From Felis catus (taxonomy: Eukaryota), in assembly GCF_018350175.1 (NCBI RefSeq), contig NC_058373.1, positions 103,852,001-103,916,000 on the forward strand: 64,000 nt of DNA, read 5' to 3'. This document shows positions 24,020 through 36,622 of this stretch, piece by piece. The number at the start of each line of letters is the position of its first letter. Positions within the stretch are counted from its first letter, which is position 1. Made by a program: the position numbers and the translations under genes. The notes beneath the pieces were generated by a model that was not told the DNA's origin, did no database searches, and saw nothing but the letters and a program-made list of their open reading frames with translations.

Positions 24020-24500
24020 CTATCTAGCATTGTCTCTGAGCCGGGCGCCGTACCAGATGCTGGAGATGTTGTGGTGATAGCACGGTGCTTATGGTCCGGT
24101 GATAATTATTGATTGTGATAAGTGCTACAAAGAAGATAAACAGGATGATGTGATAAAGAGACCTGCAGGAAGCTGGGGAGATACTTAGGAGAGCTGCTTC
24201 AGATAGAGTGGCAAGGGAAAGCCTCTCTGAGGAGGTGCTGCTTAAACTGACACTTGAAGGATGATAAGGAGCCAGAGACATGCGTGCACAGAGCTAGACA
24301 AAGAGCATTTCAGAACGCGGGAACAAGAAACACAGAGCCCTGTGCTTGTCATGTTCTGTGTGTCTACAGCATAGTGACCAACCAGTTGGGGATCAGAGGA
24401 ATGGTACGAGGTGAGGCTAGAGAGTTTTACTCACCTTGAAGGCCATGGTAAGGGGTTGGGACTGTATTCTAAGAGTAATAAAAAGCACCGAAGCCATTGA
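24020..24500 (-). mobile_element. L2
   Basis: GTGGCAAGGGAAAGCCTCTCTGAGGAGGTG...TTGAAGGATGA...AAGGCCATGGTAAGG...TATTCTAAGAGTAAT. Confidence 0.85.
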
Positions 24501-25261
24501 AGAAAGAGACCTGTAGGTAAGATTTTTCTAAGGAAAAACCTGTCATTCTCCTCCTAGACCCAATTCTTATCCTTAAAGCCCACGTCAACAGAAGCAACAC
24601 TATAGGTAGAATATTAGAACTCTCAGAGGCTATTTGTGTGGCACTATGTAGTTCTTTACCCTCTAAAAGTGTTCAGAACAGAATTTTTACTCTAGATTTC
24701 AAAACGTAGATTCATTAGCGTCTCTTAAATGCCAAGAACTGTATTGTCTAGGCATCGTGACTCAAGATCAATAATATTACCCAAAAATGATCGTGCAACC
24801 AAGGTCAATTTGAGAGGAGAGGGCATGGAAATAGGAATAAGCAGACAGATTGTTTCTGGTGAGATAGGGATGGAGAGGCTTTGTTATTAAGCCCTGAAGA
24901 GCTTTAAATTCTAATTGTTGTTGGTATCTTCAGCTTTAATGTTTTGCCAGAAAATGGACAGGAGGCAGCAATGGTATGTAACTGAAGCTTTTCAGTTTAC
25001 AGTTTACTATGGAATCAACTATGGAAGCTAACAGTTTACTCTGGAATCAACTCTCTAGGCAGCCAAATGGCTGTGACTCTAGTCAGAACACATGTGATGT
25101 GCCTCTCTTTCTGTTGTGATCCATGACAACTACTCAATGAAAAGGGAGAACTTTTAGTTGATTTCAGATGTTTTGCAATAGTCAGATGTCATACACAATA
25201 CATGACTCACAGGTTTCCGTTTTCAGCTAGATGTGTCGGCATTGAATTGTAAGTGTTCTTT

Positions 25262-25478
25262 GGGGTGCCTGGGTGGCTCAGTTGGTTAAGCGTCCAACTT
25301 CGGCTCACGTCATGATCTCAGGTTGTGGGTTCGAGCCCTGCATCAGGCTCTATGCTGACAGCTTGGAGCCTGGAGCCTGCTTTGGATTCTGTGTCTCCCT
25401 CTCTCTCTGCCCCTCCCCTGCTTGTACTCTGTCTCTCACTCTCAAAAGTAAATAAACATTAAAAAAAAATTTAAAAAA
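25262..25478 (+). mobile_element. Felid CanSINE
   Basis: Near-TSD ATTGTAAGTGTTC/ATTGTGAGTGTTC. Confidence 0.96.
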
Positions 25479-26060
25479 ATTGTGAGTGTTCACTAAGAAC
25501 AGTATATACATGACCCTCAAAGGAAGCTCACCTAATGCACAGTTGCACAGTATAAAGTCAGGAGTTGGTTTTTTTTTTTTAATGAAATGTATGACTCTTG
25601 GTCTATATTATTTGTAGACTCAATTTTAGAAAAGGAGGAAGTGTTAGATGATTTATATTTAATTTGCTACGCTATTGGAGAAAAAAAGATTCCACGTCAA
25701 TTCAGGCTAATAATCGTAGCTTCTTTAGTTCTTGAACGTATATATTTAAGGGCAGACATACCATAGCTTGGCAAGAATCCTCATTCAAGAGTGCTTTCTA
25801 ATGAAAAAAGTGAGGGAACTGGTCCATTTGCGTCAATGTGGCTTATCATTGTGTTACTTCCAGAATAATCACCTTGGAACTATATTAACAGTCTTAACAA
25901 ATAACACGATAATTCCATGTTATGAGCCTCAGGACCCTGTAAGGTCAGGAGGGGTTCAGTATGCATTTGTGTAGCAACCATAATCCGAAATACCTAACCA
26001 CTCATTTGTTAAAACACACATCGCAAAAATAAATTTTACTTTAAAAGCATTGGTTTTCCA

Positions 26061-26277
26061 GGGCACCTGGATGGCTCAGTTGGCTAAGCGTCCGACTTCG
26101 GCTCAGGTCATGATCTCACGGTTCGTGGGTTCAAGCCCTGCATTGGGCTTTGTGCTGACAGCTCAGAGCCTGCAGCCTGTTTCAGATTCTGTGTCTCCCT
26201 CTGTCTCTGCCCATCCCCCACTCGTACTCTGTCTCCCTCTGTCTCAAAAATAAATAAACATTAAAAAAAATTTTTTT
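26061..26277 (+). mobile_element. Felid CanSINE
   Basis: TSD AAAGCATTGGTTTTCC on both sides. Confidence 0.97.
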
Positions 26278-26451
26278 TAAAGCATTGGTTTTCCCATTTT
26301 GTTCTTTGGATTTGAGTCTTATAGATTACATAGCGTAAGGCAAACACTTAAAAGCCAAAACATATGTAAGTTACTTCACATTATTTTTTTTTATTGCTTT
26401 TTAATTTAAGAATAGAAGTATGATGTTCAGTCAATACTAAGAAAAAGTATA

Positions 26452-26630
26452 ATTTTTTAAATTTTGTTTGAGAGAGAAAGAGAGTGAGCAGTGGGGGAGA
26501 GAGAAAGTCTCAAGCAGCCTCCACACTCAGTGTGGACCCCGATGTAGGGCTCAATCCCATGACCCTGGGATCATGACCTGAGCCAAAATCAAGAGTCAGA
26601 CACTCAACTGATTGAGCCATCCAGGCGACC
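26452..26630 (-). mobile_element. CanSINE (older subfamily)
   Basis: GATCATGACCTGAGCCAAAATCAAGAGTCAGAC...GAGCCATCCAGGCG. Confidence 0.93.
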
Positions 26631-27579
26631 CAATTTTTTTTTAAATGGCCATGCTATATTCCCCAGCTTTTGGTCTACATCCTAAAATTATCAGTTCTTA
26701 AAATGAAAAACCAATTAAGATCATTTTTAAATAGTGAACTGAAGTTCTTTCTTTAGTTGTTAATAAGTAACTTTGCATGCCTACTGCGTGCCAGGCACAG
26801 GGTTAGAATCCAGGGATACAGTAAGGAGAAAAACCCAGTTTATTTTAGAAGGGGCTTTGAAGGCACCGGCCTGGGATAGGAGGCAACCTAACAAAGCACA
26901 GAAGGCTTCAGAGAAACCAGGTCTTGGAATATTCTGGCCCGTGATTTTTAAGCAGGAAGTAACTAAGCATGAGCATTCTTCATGTCAGTAGTTATGATGT
27001 TGTGTTAATAAAGGGATTTTCCCCACATTGCCTCATTACGCATCCCATCATAGAGGGCATTCACAGTTTTTCACATCCTTGACCACTGAATCAGTAACTA
27101 GCCTAGGCTTCTTTTTTTTTCTTTTCTGTGCATTGATTTTAACTAGGAGAATTTTATAGTTTCATCTGTTCTAATGTTTCGGCCTGTCTGTCCGCTTCTC
27201 AGAGTACGACTTCTTCAGAGAACATCCTAACCCTGAATGCTTTGGGGGCAGAGATGCATGGTGGTGCAAGGGGAGACAGGAGATAGGGAGGGAGTTGACG
27301 ATTCTTTTGAAAATAACTTATTTTCCTGGATGTATTTTCTTCCGTTACACTACATTCCCTTGGTTCTGTTCTAGTTCTGCCATTTAGTGAAAGCTCACAG
27401 AAACATCCCAGCTGCCAGCGCGGGGAGAATAGAGAGTTTTGGTGACTCCGAAAATAACCATCTGGCACTCAAGCTTTATTTTGTCCGAAGAGAGCTCACA
27501 ATAATTCAGTCATGAAGTTCACGCACTGAGACGAACACATGTACGACCGTGGAGCAGGTTTAAAATTGTAGCCATTTTT

Positions 27580-27809
27580 TTTTATAAACATTTTATTTTA
27601 TTTTTTTCAACGTTTATTTATTTTTGGGACAGAGAGAGACAGAGCATGAACGGGGAGGGGCAGAGAGAGAGGGAGACACAGAATCGGAAACAGGCTCCAG
27701 GCTCTGAGCCATCAGCCCAGAGCCTGACACGGGGCTCAAACTCACAGACCGCGAGATCGTGACCTGGCTGAAGTCGGACGCTTAATCGACTGTGCCACCC
27801 AGGCGCCCC
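27580..27809 (-). mobile_element. Felid CanSINE, youngest-type subfamily
   Basis: Perfect TSD TAAAATTGTAGCCATTTTT at 27561-27579 and 27810-27828. Confidence 0.98.
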
Positions 27810-27944
27810 TAAAATTGTAGCCATTTTTGTTGTTTCCTACCCGAATGAATATGATAGGGCTTCTTTTAAGGAAACTCTCAACTCTTCCGTGTTGGGTGAT
27901 TACGCTGCCAACTATTTTGGGGACCTTAAAGAACGGTGTCAGAG

Positions 27945-28111
27945 TAGAGTTGTCAGAATACTGGGTGCCCGGTTAAATGTGAATACCAGCGAAAAACAAA
28001 TAAATTTTTAGCATAACTGTGCCCCGTGCCAAGATTAGGACATGCCTGTATCAAAAAAAATTATGTGTGCTGTCTTGTATTTTTTTAATTTACGAATGGT
28101 GGGCAACTCTG
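27945..28111. mobile_element. MER53-like palindromic hAT MITE
   Basis: TIRs TAGAGTTGTC / GGCAACTCTG; internal GCCCGGTTAAATGTGAAT...TTTTTAGCATAA...GGACATGCCTGTATCAAAAAAAATTAT matches recalled MER53. Confidence 0.8.
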
Positions 28112-28381
28112 TGCCGGGGCAACGAATACATTATGGTGGTGTCAACAGACAGATCGGGAAATCGTTCCAACCCACTATTGTCAGCACGGTTTTGGCGTCA
28201 TCAACAGCAGCACCGGGCAAACAGTTATGAAGCACCTGCCTGCTCACCAGAACCGTGCTGGTTGCCACACCGAGTTAGTTAAGTGGACAAGATCCTTTCA
28301 GTCGAGGAAGGCAATAACGGGACAGTATCACCGCGAGAAACCAGAGAAAAAGAAAAGGAAACATTAAAAGAAAACTTGACA

Positions 28382-28594
28382 GGGGCGCCTGGGTGGCTCA
28401 GTTGGTTGAGCGGCCGACTTCGGCTCAGGTGGTGATCTCGTGGTCCGTGAGTTCGAGCCCCGCGTCGGGCTCTGTGCTGACAGCTCAGAGCCTGGAGCCT
28501 GTTTCAGATTCTGTGTCTCCCTCTCTCTCTGACCCTCCCCCATCATGCTCTGTCTCTCTCTGTCTCAAAAATAAATAAATGTTAAAAAAAAAAA
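28382..28594 (+). mobile_element. Felid CanSINE
   Basis: TSD AACTTGACAG. Confidence 0.97.
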
Positions 28595-29094
28595 ACAACA
28601 ACTTGACAGCCATCAAAGGAACATATACAATAAATAAAGTACTTCTATTATGTGGACACCTCGTTGTTAGGAACCAACACAAGACCACAAACATTTCACA
28701 GAAGTCACTGGGCAACTGTTGACATCTTCTGTTTGGAAGCAAAACAATGACTCAGAAGTAAAAGAATCTCAGCTTCATTTAACTCCCAGAATTTCCGCAG
28801 CTCCCAAACCACCTCAACTCCTCATCTCTGCAAGACACTTCATGGGATTAAAAAAGTACGTGTAAAAAAGTACGTATAAAAAGGGACACGTGCACATACA
28901 CGCATGCATGCGTATAAACTATACACACATAAATAAGGGAAAATGCAGCCATTGATGCAATCAGAAAATGCTCACATACGTATGTGTGACAGATCTGATC
29001 AGTTTGCTGTCAGCAATGAATGTTCAGGTCAATTGCAAAGATACTGTGCTAAGATCCTGAAATGACCCAGTCCATTGCACCACAGCCTAGTCTT

Positions 29095-29333
29095 TTTTTT
29101 CCTTTTTAAATTTTTTAAAACGTTTATTTATTTTTGAGAGAGAGAGAGAGAGAGACAGGGACAGAGCACACATGGGGAAAGGGCAGAGAGAGAGGGAGAT
29201 GCAGAATCCAAAGCAGGCTCCAGGCTTTGAGCTGTCAGCACAGAGCCCAATGTGGGCCTCGAACCCACAAACTGTGAGATCGTGACCTGAGCCTAAGTCG
29301 GACGCTTAACCGACCGAGCCACCCGCGCGCCCC
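29095..29333 (-). mobile_element. Felid CanSINE
   Basis: Flanking CAGCCTAGTCTT repeats. Confidence 0.96.
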
Positions 29334-29513
29334 AGTGCCTCAGCCTAGTCTTACAGTGAATGCCCACTTGGCAACCAGCTTCTCAAACTTTAGAAACTGA
29401 TTTTAAATGATTGATTCCCAATGTCCATATGTAGGATTGAGGTGGCCCAAGAGACTGTCAAGAATTTTCTGTGTATTTTTCCATATTCCTTTCTTTTTAT
29501 AAAAGTAATGTAA

Positions 29514-29730
29514 GGGGCGCCTGAGTGCTCAGTCGCTTGAGCGTCCAACTTTGTCTCAGATCATGATCTCACAGTCTGTGAGTTCAAGTCCCGCGTGGGG
29601 CTCTGTGCTGACAGCTCAGAGCCTGGAGCCTGCTTCACATTCTGTGTCTCCCTCTCTTTCTGTCCCTCCCCCAGGCGCATTCTCTGTCTCTCTCTCTCAA
29701 AAATAAATAAACAATAAAAAAAAATTTTTT
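29514..29730 (+). mobile_element. Felid CanSINE
   Basis: Flanking AAAGTAAT repeats. Confidence 0.96.
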
Positions 29731-31894
29731 AAAGTAATATAATACCATCATAGAGAGTTTCAGAAAGCAGATAAGATGAAAGATAAAAAGTAACCATCAT
29801 CTCATCTCTCTGAAATCCTCTTTAAAATTTTTAATAATGACTCATTTCATACACCTCCAGAAGATCAGAAAAGAATCTACCCAATTTCCATCTATCCACC
29901 ACCAACATTGAATACATATTGTTATTACCCCATTCATATTTTATATTTTTAAAAGAATTATCTGTTTTTTAAGGGGATAAAATATAATAGATGCTGGTGA
30001 AGACCCATTTCCATCCCTTCTTCTTTTCCTTTCCCTTCCTAGGGCAACTACTACCGTGAAATTATGTATCATTCCCATCCATCCGTTTGTACTTTTGCAA
30101 TACATGTATAGATACATAGTCTATTGTTTGTGTGCTTTTTTTTTAAAAAGGCATACTGCCCATTTTCTTCAGAATTAGCTTTCTTTTACTTACCATCATG
30201 TTTCTGAGGTGTATTCATGTTAATACATGTAGCTCTAACACATTCATTTCAACTGCTGTGCAGTATGCCATTGAGTGAATGCATCCATTCCTACCACTAA
30301 GGGACATTTAGAATGTTCTCTAATTTTTTCAAGAACACTTTTCTCCAATACAATAATTTTTCTGTAATACAAACAGCATAACAATGGGTGTCTCCAAGTA
30401 CACGCGTTCAAGAATTTTTTACAGAGGATGCCTGAAAGTATAATTACTGGTTGCAAAATACGGAAACCTTCAGTTTTCTAGGTTTTCAAAATTGCTCTTC
30501 AGAGTGATGGTGACAATTTATACTTCCGCTAGGAGTATACATACTAGTTGAATTCCCCACATCTTTAAGAACGCTTGGTATTACCAGACAGTAAATGCTT
30601 GCTAGTCGGATGAGTGTGAAATTATTGATTTAATTTGTATTTCACTAATTGTTAACGAAGTTGAGCATATTTTTCGTGTGTACTCATCATTCACATTTCT
30701 TGATTTGTCAATAACTTATCCATGATTTTTGCTTTATATTTTTTTTCTTCGTCTCACTTGCTTTTAGGAGTTTTTAAACGGCTCGGATCCAAATCTCCCG
30801 TCATATCATTTGCAGATCTTTTCCTCTAATCCGTGGCTTCTATTTTATTTTATTTATGACATCATATCAAATATTTACATTTAAGGTAGCAAAAAGTATT
30901 CATATTTTCCTTTAATGTTCATGCCTTTCATGATTTAAGATAGTCTTCTTTACTGTAAAGATACTCAATGCTTTCTTCTAAAAGTTGTGCAGTTTTGTTT
31001 CCTTACATTTGGGTTTTTAGTCCTTCTGGAATTAATTTTTGTTTACAGTATGAGACAAGGATTCAATTTTATCTTTTTCCATATGAATTTCCAGTTGTCT
31101 TAGGGCCCTTGGTTGGGTGATACCTTTTCCCCCCATGGATTTGTTATGTCATCTCTGTTATATATCGAGCATCCGTATAAATGAGACTCTGTTTCTGTAC
31201 TTTTTTATCCCATGGCCTTTTTGTCTATTGCTTCTCTAATACCACTCAGTTGGGAGTAAGCCTTCTCTTCTCATTCCTACTCCTCCTCCTTCTCGAGGAT
31301 TGTCCAGCCTCTTCTCGGCCCTCCACTCTCATGTGTTGAGGGTTGCCACCATCTGTGAAAAATCATGTTGTGATTTTGATTGGCATTGCATATAATTTTT
31401 AGACTCATTGGGAGAGAGCTCTACTATATTGAGTTTTTGCTATGTAGCAATACTCTATATAAATCTTTAGTATATAGCAACCTTTACTATGCTGAGTCTT
31501 TACTATATAGGTATTTTACTATATTGAGTCTTTGCATCCAGTAACTTGATATACCTCTCTTTGTTTTAGTTCTATTATGCTGCTTAATAAAGCTTCCTAT
31601 TTCTCCGTAAGGTTCTTTTGTTTTTGTTACATATTTCCCTACATTATAGGTCGTGAAGCTATTGTACATAGTAGTAGTTTGTGTTGTATAGAAATGCAAT
31701 TAATTTGGGTATATTGATCTATGTTTAGCAACCTTGTTGAACTTTTATATTTTTTGGAACCAATTTTATTTTCTTTGAATAATAACAGCTTCATTTCTTT
31801 TTTTCCAATTCTTATATTTTTCATTTTTCTCCCCTGTCTTACCATGCTCCCTAGAGCCATCAGGACAATGCTGAATAGAAATGGCAGGGAGCGG

Positions 31895-32017
31895 GGGGCA
31901 CCTGGGAGGCTCAGTGGGTTGGGCATCTGACTCTGGATTTTGGCTCAAGTCATAATCCCAGGGTCATGGGATTGACCCCTGTGTTGGGCTCTGAGCGGTG
32001 TGTGGAGCCTGCTTAAG

Positions 32018-32069
<52 letters not shown>

Positions 32070-32137
32070 TGTGTCTCTGCCCTCTTCCCTGCTTGTGTTT
32101 TTTTTTTCTCTCTCTCTCAAAGAAAAAAGAAAAAAAA
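31895..32137 (+). mobile_element. CanSINE with expanded (CT)n(GT)n, inside L1
   Basis: Flanking AGAAATGG...GGAGC repeats. Confidence 0.93.
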
Positions 32138-32586
32138 GAAATGGGGAGCATCCCTGTGAGTAAGGGCATGCTTATAGGACTTCACCATTAAATACGATGT
32201 TTGCATGAGGTTAAGGAAGTTTGCTTATCTTCACAGTTTGTTAAGAGTTTTTGGTTTTATTTATTTTGTTTTGTGATTCAATAATGGGGGATTGAATTTT
32301 ATCTTGTATTTTTGTACATCTAGTAAGGTAATCTCATCGTTTTCTCCTCTAATCTATATTTTTCTTTTTATCATAATATCCTTCTCTGCTTTTGATGTAA
32401 AAAGTGAAGGGAATACCTGCTTCAAAAACTAAGTTGTCTTTTTTTTTTTTTTTTTTTTGAATCACTTTGTGTATGATAGAGTTTATTTACATTTTGAAGG
32501 CTTGGTAGAGTTTTTTTTTTAAATGTCTGAGTCTGGTGTTTTTTATTTGCTTGTTTTGTGGATAGGTTTTTTACAACTGATCCAAT

Positions 32587-32809
32587 TTATTTTTAATTTC
32601 TTTTAATGTTCATTTATATTTGAGAGAGAGAGAGACTGAAACAGAGTATGAGAAGGAAGGGGGCAGAGAGACAGAGACACAGAATACGAAGCAGGCTCCA
32701 GGCTCTGAGCTGTCAGCACAGGGCCGGATGCAGGGCTTGAACTCACGAACTGCGAAATCATGACCTGGGCCCAAGTCGGCCCTCAACCAACTGAGCCACC
32801 CAGGCACCC
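32587..32809 (-). mobile_element. Felid CanSINE inside L1
   Basis: Full body and head. Confidence 0.95.
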
Positions 32810-33354
32810 TCAATATTTTTTTTTTTTTTGATTGTTACGGTCTTTAGTTTTCTATTTCTTTTTGTATCAGCTTTGATAGGTTTTATTTTCAAAGTAAAAT
32901 TTCCATTTCACTTGTGTTTCTAAATTTGTTGGCATGAAGCCATTTAAAGTATTTTCTCATGATTTAGAAAATCTTTTATTTATCTGTACTCGTGTTCTCC
33001 TTTTTATTAGGTTATTGTTTGTTTATAACTTCCTAGTTTTTCTTAAACAGAGATTCGTTAATCTTGTGTATTGTCTGGACAGTCTAGGATAGTTTATGAT
33101 GTGCTTTGACTGTGACTTCATCTCCAGTTAGACTTCAATCTGTGGGAAACCTGTGGGGCCCAGGTTGATGGACGTCCCCCCCCAGAGCAGGTGTTTTGGC
33201 CTGGCAGCTAAGTGATGTCACTGGATCCTTGAGGACCATCTCAAAGGCTGGCTACCACTGGCACGGAAGCACCTTTTATGTTGGTTTCTATACTTTGGGG
33301 CTCCCTGACTTTGTGGTATGAATTCAGGAAGTTTTATTCTCACCTAGAGGTGAG

Positions 33355-33491
33355 AATTTCCATGTCATTTCTCAGTGTTATTGGGTAGATTTTCTCATCC
33401 TTCCTTTCACTGAAGATCATTTCTCAGATAAATTTCCATGTCATTTCTCAGTGTTATTGGGTAGATTTTCTCATCCTTCCTTTCACTGAAG
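33355..33491. repeat. Perfect 61-bp direct duplication with 15-bp spacer
   Basis: 33355-33415 is identical to 33431-33491. Confidence 0.97.
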
Positions 33492-33593
33492 GTCAGAGTC
33501 CTGGTTTTATGCCAGAGTCTTAGTTTCAACTCCCACTTTGTGCTACCCCAGTCTTCTGGTCCTGTCTGTGTGTTAAAAGCCAAGCTTCTGTGA

Positions 33594-33809
33594 GGGGCAC
33601 CTGGGTGGCTCAGTTGGTTAGGCATCCTACTCTTGGTTTCAGCTCAGCTCGTGATCTCATGGTTCATAAATTCGAGACCCGCGTGGAGCCCCACGGAGGT
33701 CTCTGTGCTGACAAGGCAGATCCTGCTTGGGATTCTCTCTCTGCCCCTCCCCTGCTCATGTGTGCATGCTCTCTCTCTCAAAATAAATAATTAAACTTAA
33801 AAAAAAAAA
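33594..33809 (+). mobile_element. CanSINE
   Basis: Near-TSD AAAAGCCAAGCTTCTGTG/AAAAGTCGAGCTTCTGTG. Confidence 0.95.
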
Positions 33810-34899
33810 AGTCGAGCTTCTGTGTCACAGAGGCCAATACTCTCCCTTCCTTTCTCAGATGCTTACGTATGTATTGAAAAACATTTGTGTGTTTTATCTA
33901 GTTTCTCTAGGTATTTGTAGGGGAAGGGATTGCAGGTTACCTCGTTTTCCGTTTACCAGGACACAAGTTTGCTCATGGTACTATTTCAAGAAACAGAGGT
34001 CAGCTGATCCGTTTGTGTCTGCGCCGCTCCGTGTATCTGCCATTCTCTACGCAGGGAGCAGGGGGGGCTCCCCTGCGAACCTTGAAAGTGGCGAAATTCA
34101 TCTTTAGCACCTCCTCGCTCGGAGCTCCCTCTCCCACCTCCCCTGTCCTCTACGGCACCTCGCTCGTCCTTCCTCACTGGGTCCTACTTTTCCAGGATGC
34201 TCCGACCTCCTTCAGGGACTTGTCATTGCTGTGCTTCCCCCCTGCTTTTTGTGGAAATGTGCCTCACCAGTATCTCTGCACTGTCCAAAGTGTCCAGGTG
34301 ACAATTAGCTAATCTGATAAGCTCATTCATGCTAATGTGCTAATGAAAGAGGCCTACAGAAGATGGCTGTCCTTCCCCTACCTCCTAATCAGGGGCCCTT
34401 CTTCTCCTGCCAGGTAACATATGTGCATAGCAGCAGTGATCTTCCAGAGACCGTGACCTGGCTGTAGTGGTCTAACCTGGAGGATTGACGTTAATGGAAT
34501 GAGATTTTTAAGTCAGGTAGGAGGGACAGCTGAGTTGAGGCAGGCAAGAGAGGGTTAGTCAGGCAAAAATGACCCTCCGATCATGACGTGTGAGTTTCTA
34601 CTAATGTGATGATTGCATTAACCCTTGTCATACCTACCCCACAAAGAATAAAGAGGATTTCTCAGAACACCCTTTTGCTAAACCAGAATTATTCATATTG
34701 AAAACCCCTCTACAAAATCAAAATGAGAACCCAACAGAACCAAAAACACATAAGGGGCTCATTGCTACACATTCTGATATTTTCATTTTGCTGACTCCAC
34801 AGGAACAGTCTATGCCCCTTGAAAGGGATGGACAGGAAAGAGATAAGTCCTTAAGTTGGAGGCCACAACTTACAGAGTTGGCTTTTAACAGGATACCGA

Positions 34900-35570
34900 A
34901 GGACTGCTAACTGTTTCTTCTCTCCTTCTGGGCCTCGGTCTGTTGGGTTTTGACCCCGGAAGAGTTAGGGTGTCAGTTCCCTGGAAGTGGTTCAGAGATG
35001 ATCCAGACTCACGGGGCGCTGCGGTGGAGTGTGGCTTTGAGCCCCAGAGAGTAAGCTGTGTCTAATGAGAAAGAGTATCCAAGTACATACGTGTTTCTTT
35101 TTGGTTTCTCTGTGTTTTCACAGAGCAGATGCTTTGGCCCGGTTGTTGCTATGCTATGGGACCCAACGAGAAAGCAGACTTGGGTAGTATGCATCTGTGA
35201 TGCTAATGGGTCTCTGTTACTGCTTTGAGGACACCGTATTACACCGAACCCTGTGGTGGCTATCTTCCTTTTGCCCTTCTTATCCACTCTCCATGCTCCC
35301 CTCTGGTGTCCTTCCTGCAGGTTTGTTACAGGCTGGCTCTCCCCACACTGAAAGTCTTATTCCTCTAGAAGAATCTTTCCACACAGCCTTCTGTTTCTTT
35401 GGCTTCTGGTTCCCTGCTCCTTCTATCCTAGCCCTGGGGTTCTCCTCTCTCCCTTGCCATTTCCTTATGCTCTGTCCAAACCTTTGTAAAGAGTCCTTTT
35501 ATTAAACTCTCCTCAAATTGTCCTAATTTGAGTGTGCCATCTGTTTCCCGCTGGGAAGCTGACTTATAAA
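34900..35570 (+). mobile_element. ERVL-type solo LTR (LTR33/LTR41-like 3' end)
   Basis: CCTTTGTAAAGAGTCCTTTTATTAAACTCTCCTCAAATT...TTTGAGTGTGCCATCTGTTTCC is clear at 35480-35560; 5' boundary uncertain. Confidence 0.7.
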
Positions 35571-35634
35571 ACACTCAAATTCTTCTTGTTATTTGTCTTA
35601 TTTTTTTCTTAAAGTAAAATGTAACTTTTTTTTT

Positions 35635-35947
35635 TAATAATGGTAAAATATGCATGACCCAGCGTTTACCATTTTAACTATTTGTAGGCATACAGTTCAG
35701 TGGTATTAGTTACATTCACAGTGTTGTGCAGTCATCACCACCATCCATCTCCAGAACTTTTTCATGATCCCAGACTAAAACTCTGTACCCATGAAACAAT
35801 AACTTAACCATTCCTCCCTGCCCCCAGCTCCTGGTAACTAGCTTTCTACTTTCTGTCTCTATGAATTTGACTACTCTAAGTGGAATCATACAATGTTTGT
35901 TCTTTTGTGTCTGGCTTGTTTCATTTAACATGATGTTTTCAAGATCC
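35635..35947 (-). mobile_element. L1MB-type 3' end
   Basis: TACAGTTCAGTGGTATTAGTTACATTCACAGTGTTGTGCA...TCTATGAATTTGACTACTCTA...GTGGAATCATACA; the ORF-track peptide LENIMLNETSQTQKNKHCMIPL is the L1 ORF2 C-terminus. Confidence 0.92.
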
Positions 35948-36622
35948 CTAAAAGTTACAAGTGAATTGATACAATAGTGAGATCCACAGGGGACAATATT
36001 GGTTTCCCGATATAAGCTTTTAAATCTTTGAGATATTTGTGGACAACTTCCCATGAAAAGCAGCAATGAGAGAATCAACATCCTGATTCTTCAGGGGTAA
36101 GGAATGACTGATTCCTTAGTGGTAATAATCCAGTTTCTTCCCTAGAGAATTTTGTGCAGTAAAACCAAACACTGACCAATAATACCTTCAAATAAGACCA
36201 GCTGTGCAATTGTTGTAACATTGAATGAATTTGAATCTTGATAATCCTTGAAAGGGCCTTTAAAACTATTGTGGAAGATCTCTTTCTTCCAAGTTGCATT
36301 CACAGTCATTTATGAATATTGGTGTAAATATGGCAGAATCCAAAAGTATCTTGTCCCGTGTCCTCTGGACATGCCTCACTTCCTGAGCTACACTGTCATA
36401 TGTGTGATGAAGATCACTTTTGTCATGTAATGTGGATTGTTAAAGCATTTTTAAGGATTGTATTCTAATGGACTTTCCATGACTCTATGCTTTACAGATT
36501 ATGTGAGCAGAGCAAGGATATAACTTCCCAACAGCTTGAAGAATGTTTGTTCTGTCTAGAATTCGAATTCCCTGTTTTGTGTATTTTATTGTTGCTGCAG
36601 GTAAAGGTGTTGAGTCAGAGGA

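Larger units (their letters stand above)
29950..33050 (-). mobile_element. Old degenerate L1 (L1ME-like) 3' UTR and ORF2 remnant, split by two SINEs
   Basis: T-rich strand with collinear L1 motifs (GGGACATTTAGAATGTT, CAAAATTGCTCTTCAGAGTG, GGATTCAATTTTATC, GATTTTGATTGGCATTGCAT, CAGGACAATGCTGAATAGAA); no open frame. Confidence 0.88.
33050..33965 (-). mobile_element. HAL1/L1ME-type 5' region remnant
   Basis: TGTGGGAAACCTGTGGGGCCCAGGTTGA...CCAGAGCAGG and TTTTATCTAGTTTCTCTAGGT...GGGAAGGGATTG resemble the recalled HAL1-like 5' end. Confidence 0.5.

Noticed and set aside
35716..36081. 121-aa ORF with recognisable protein-like segment
   Set aside because: The segment is the decayed L1 ORF2 C-terminus fused to chance sequence.
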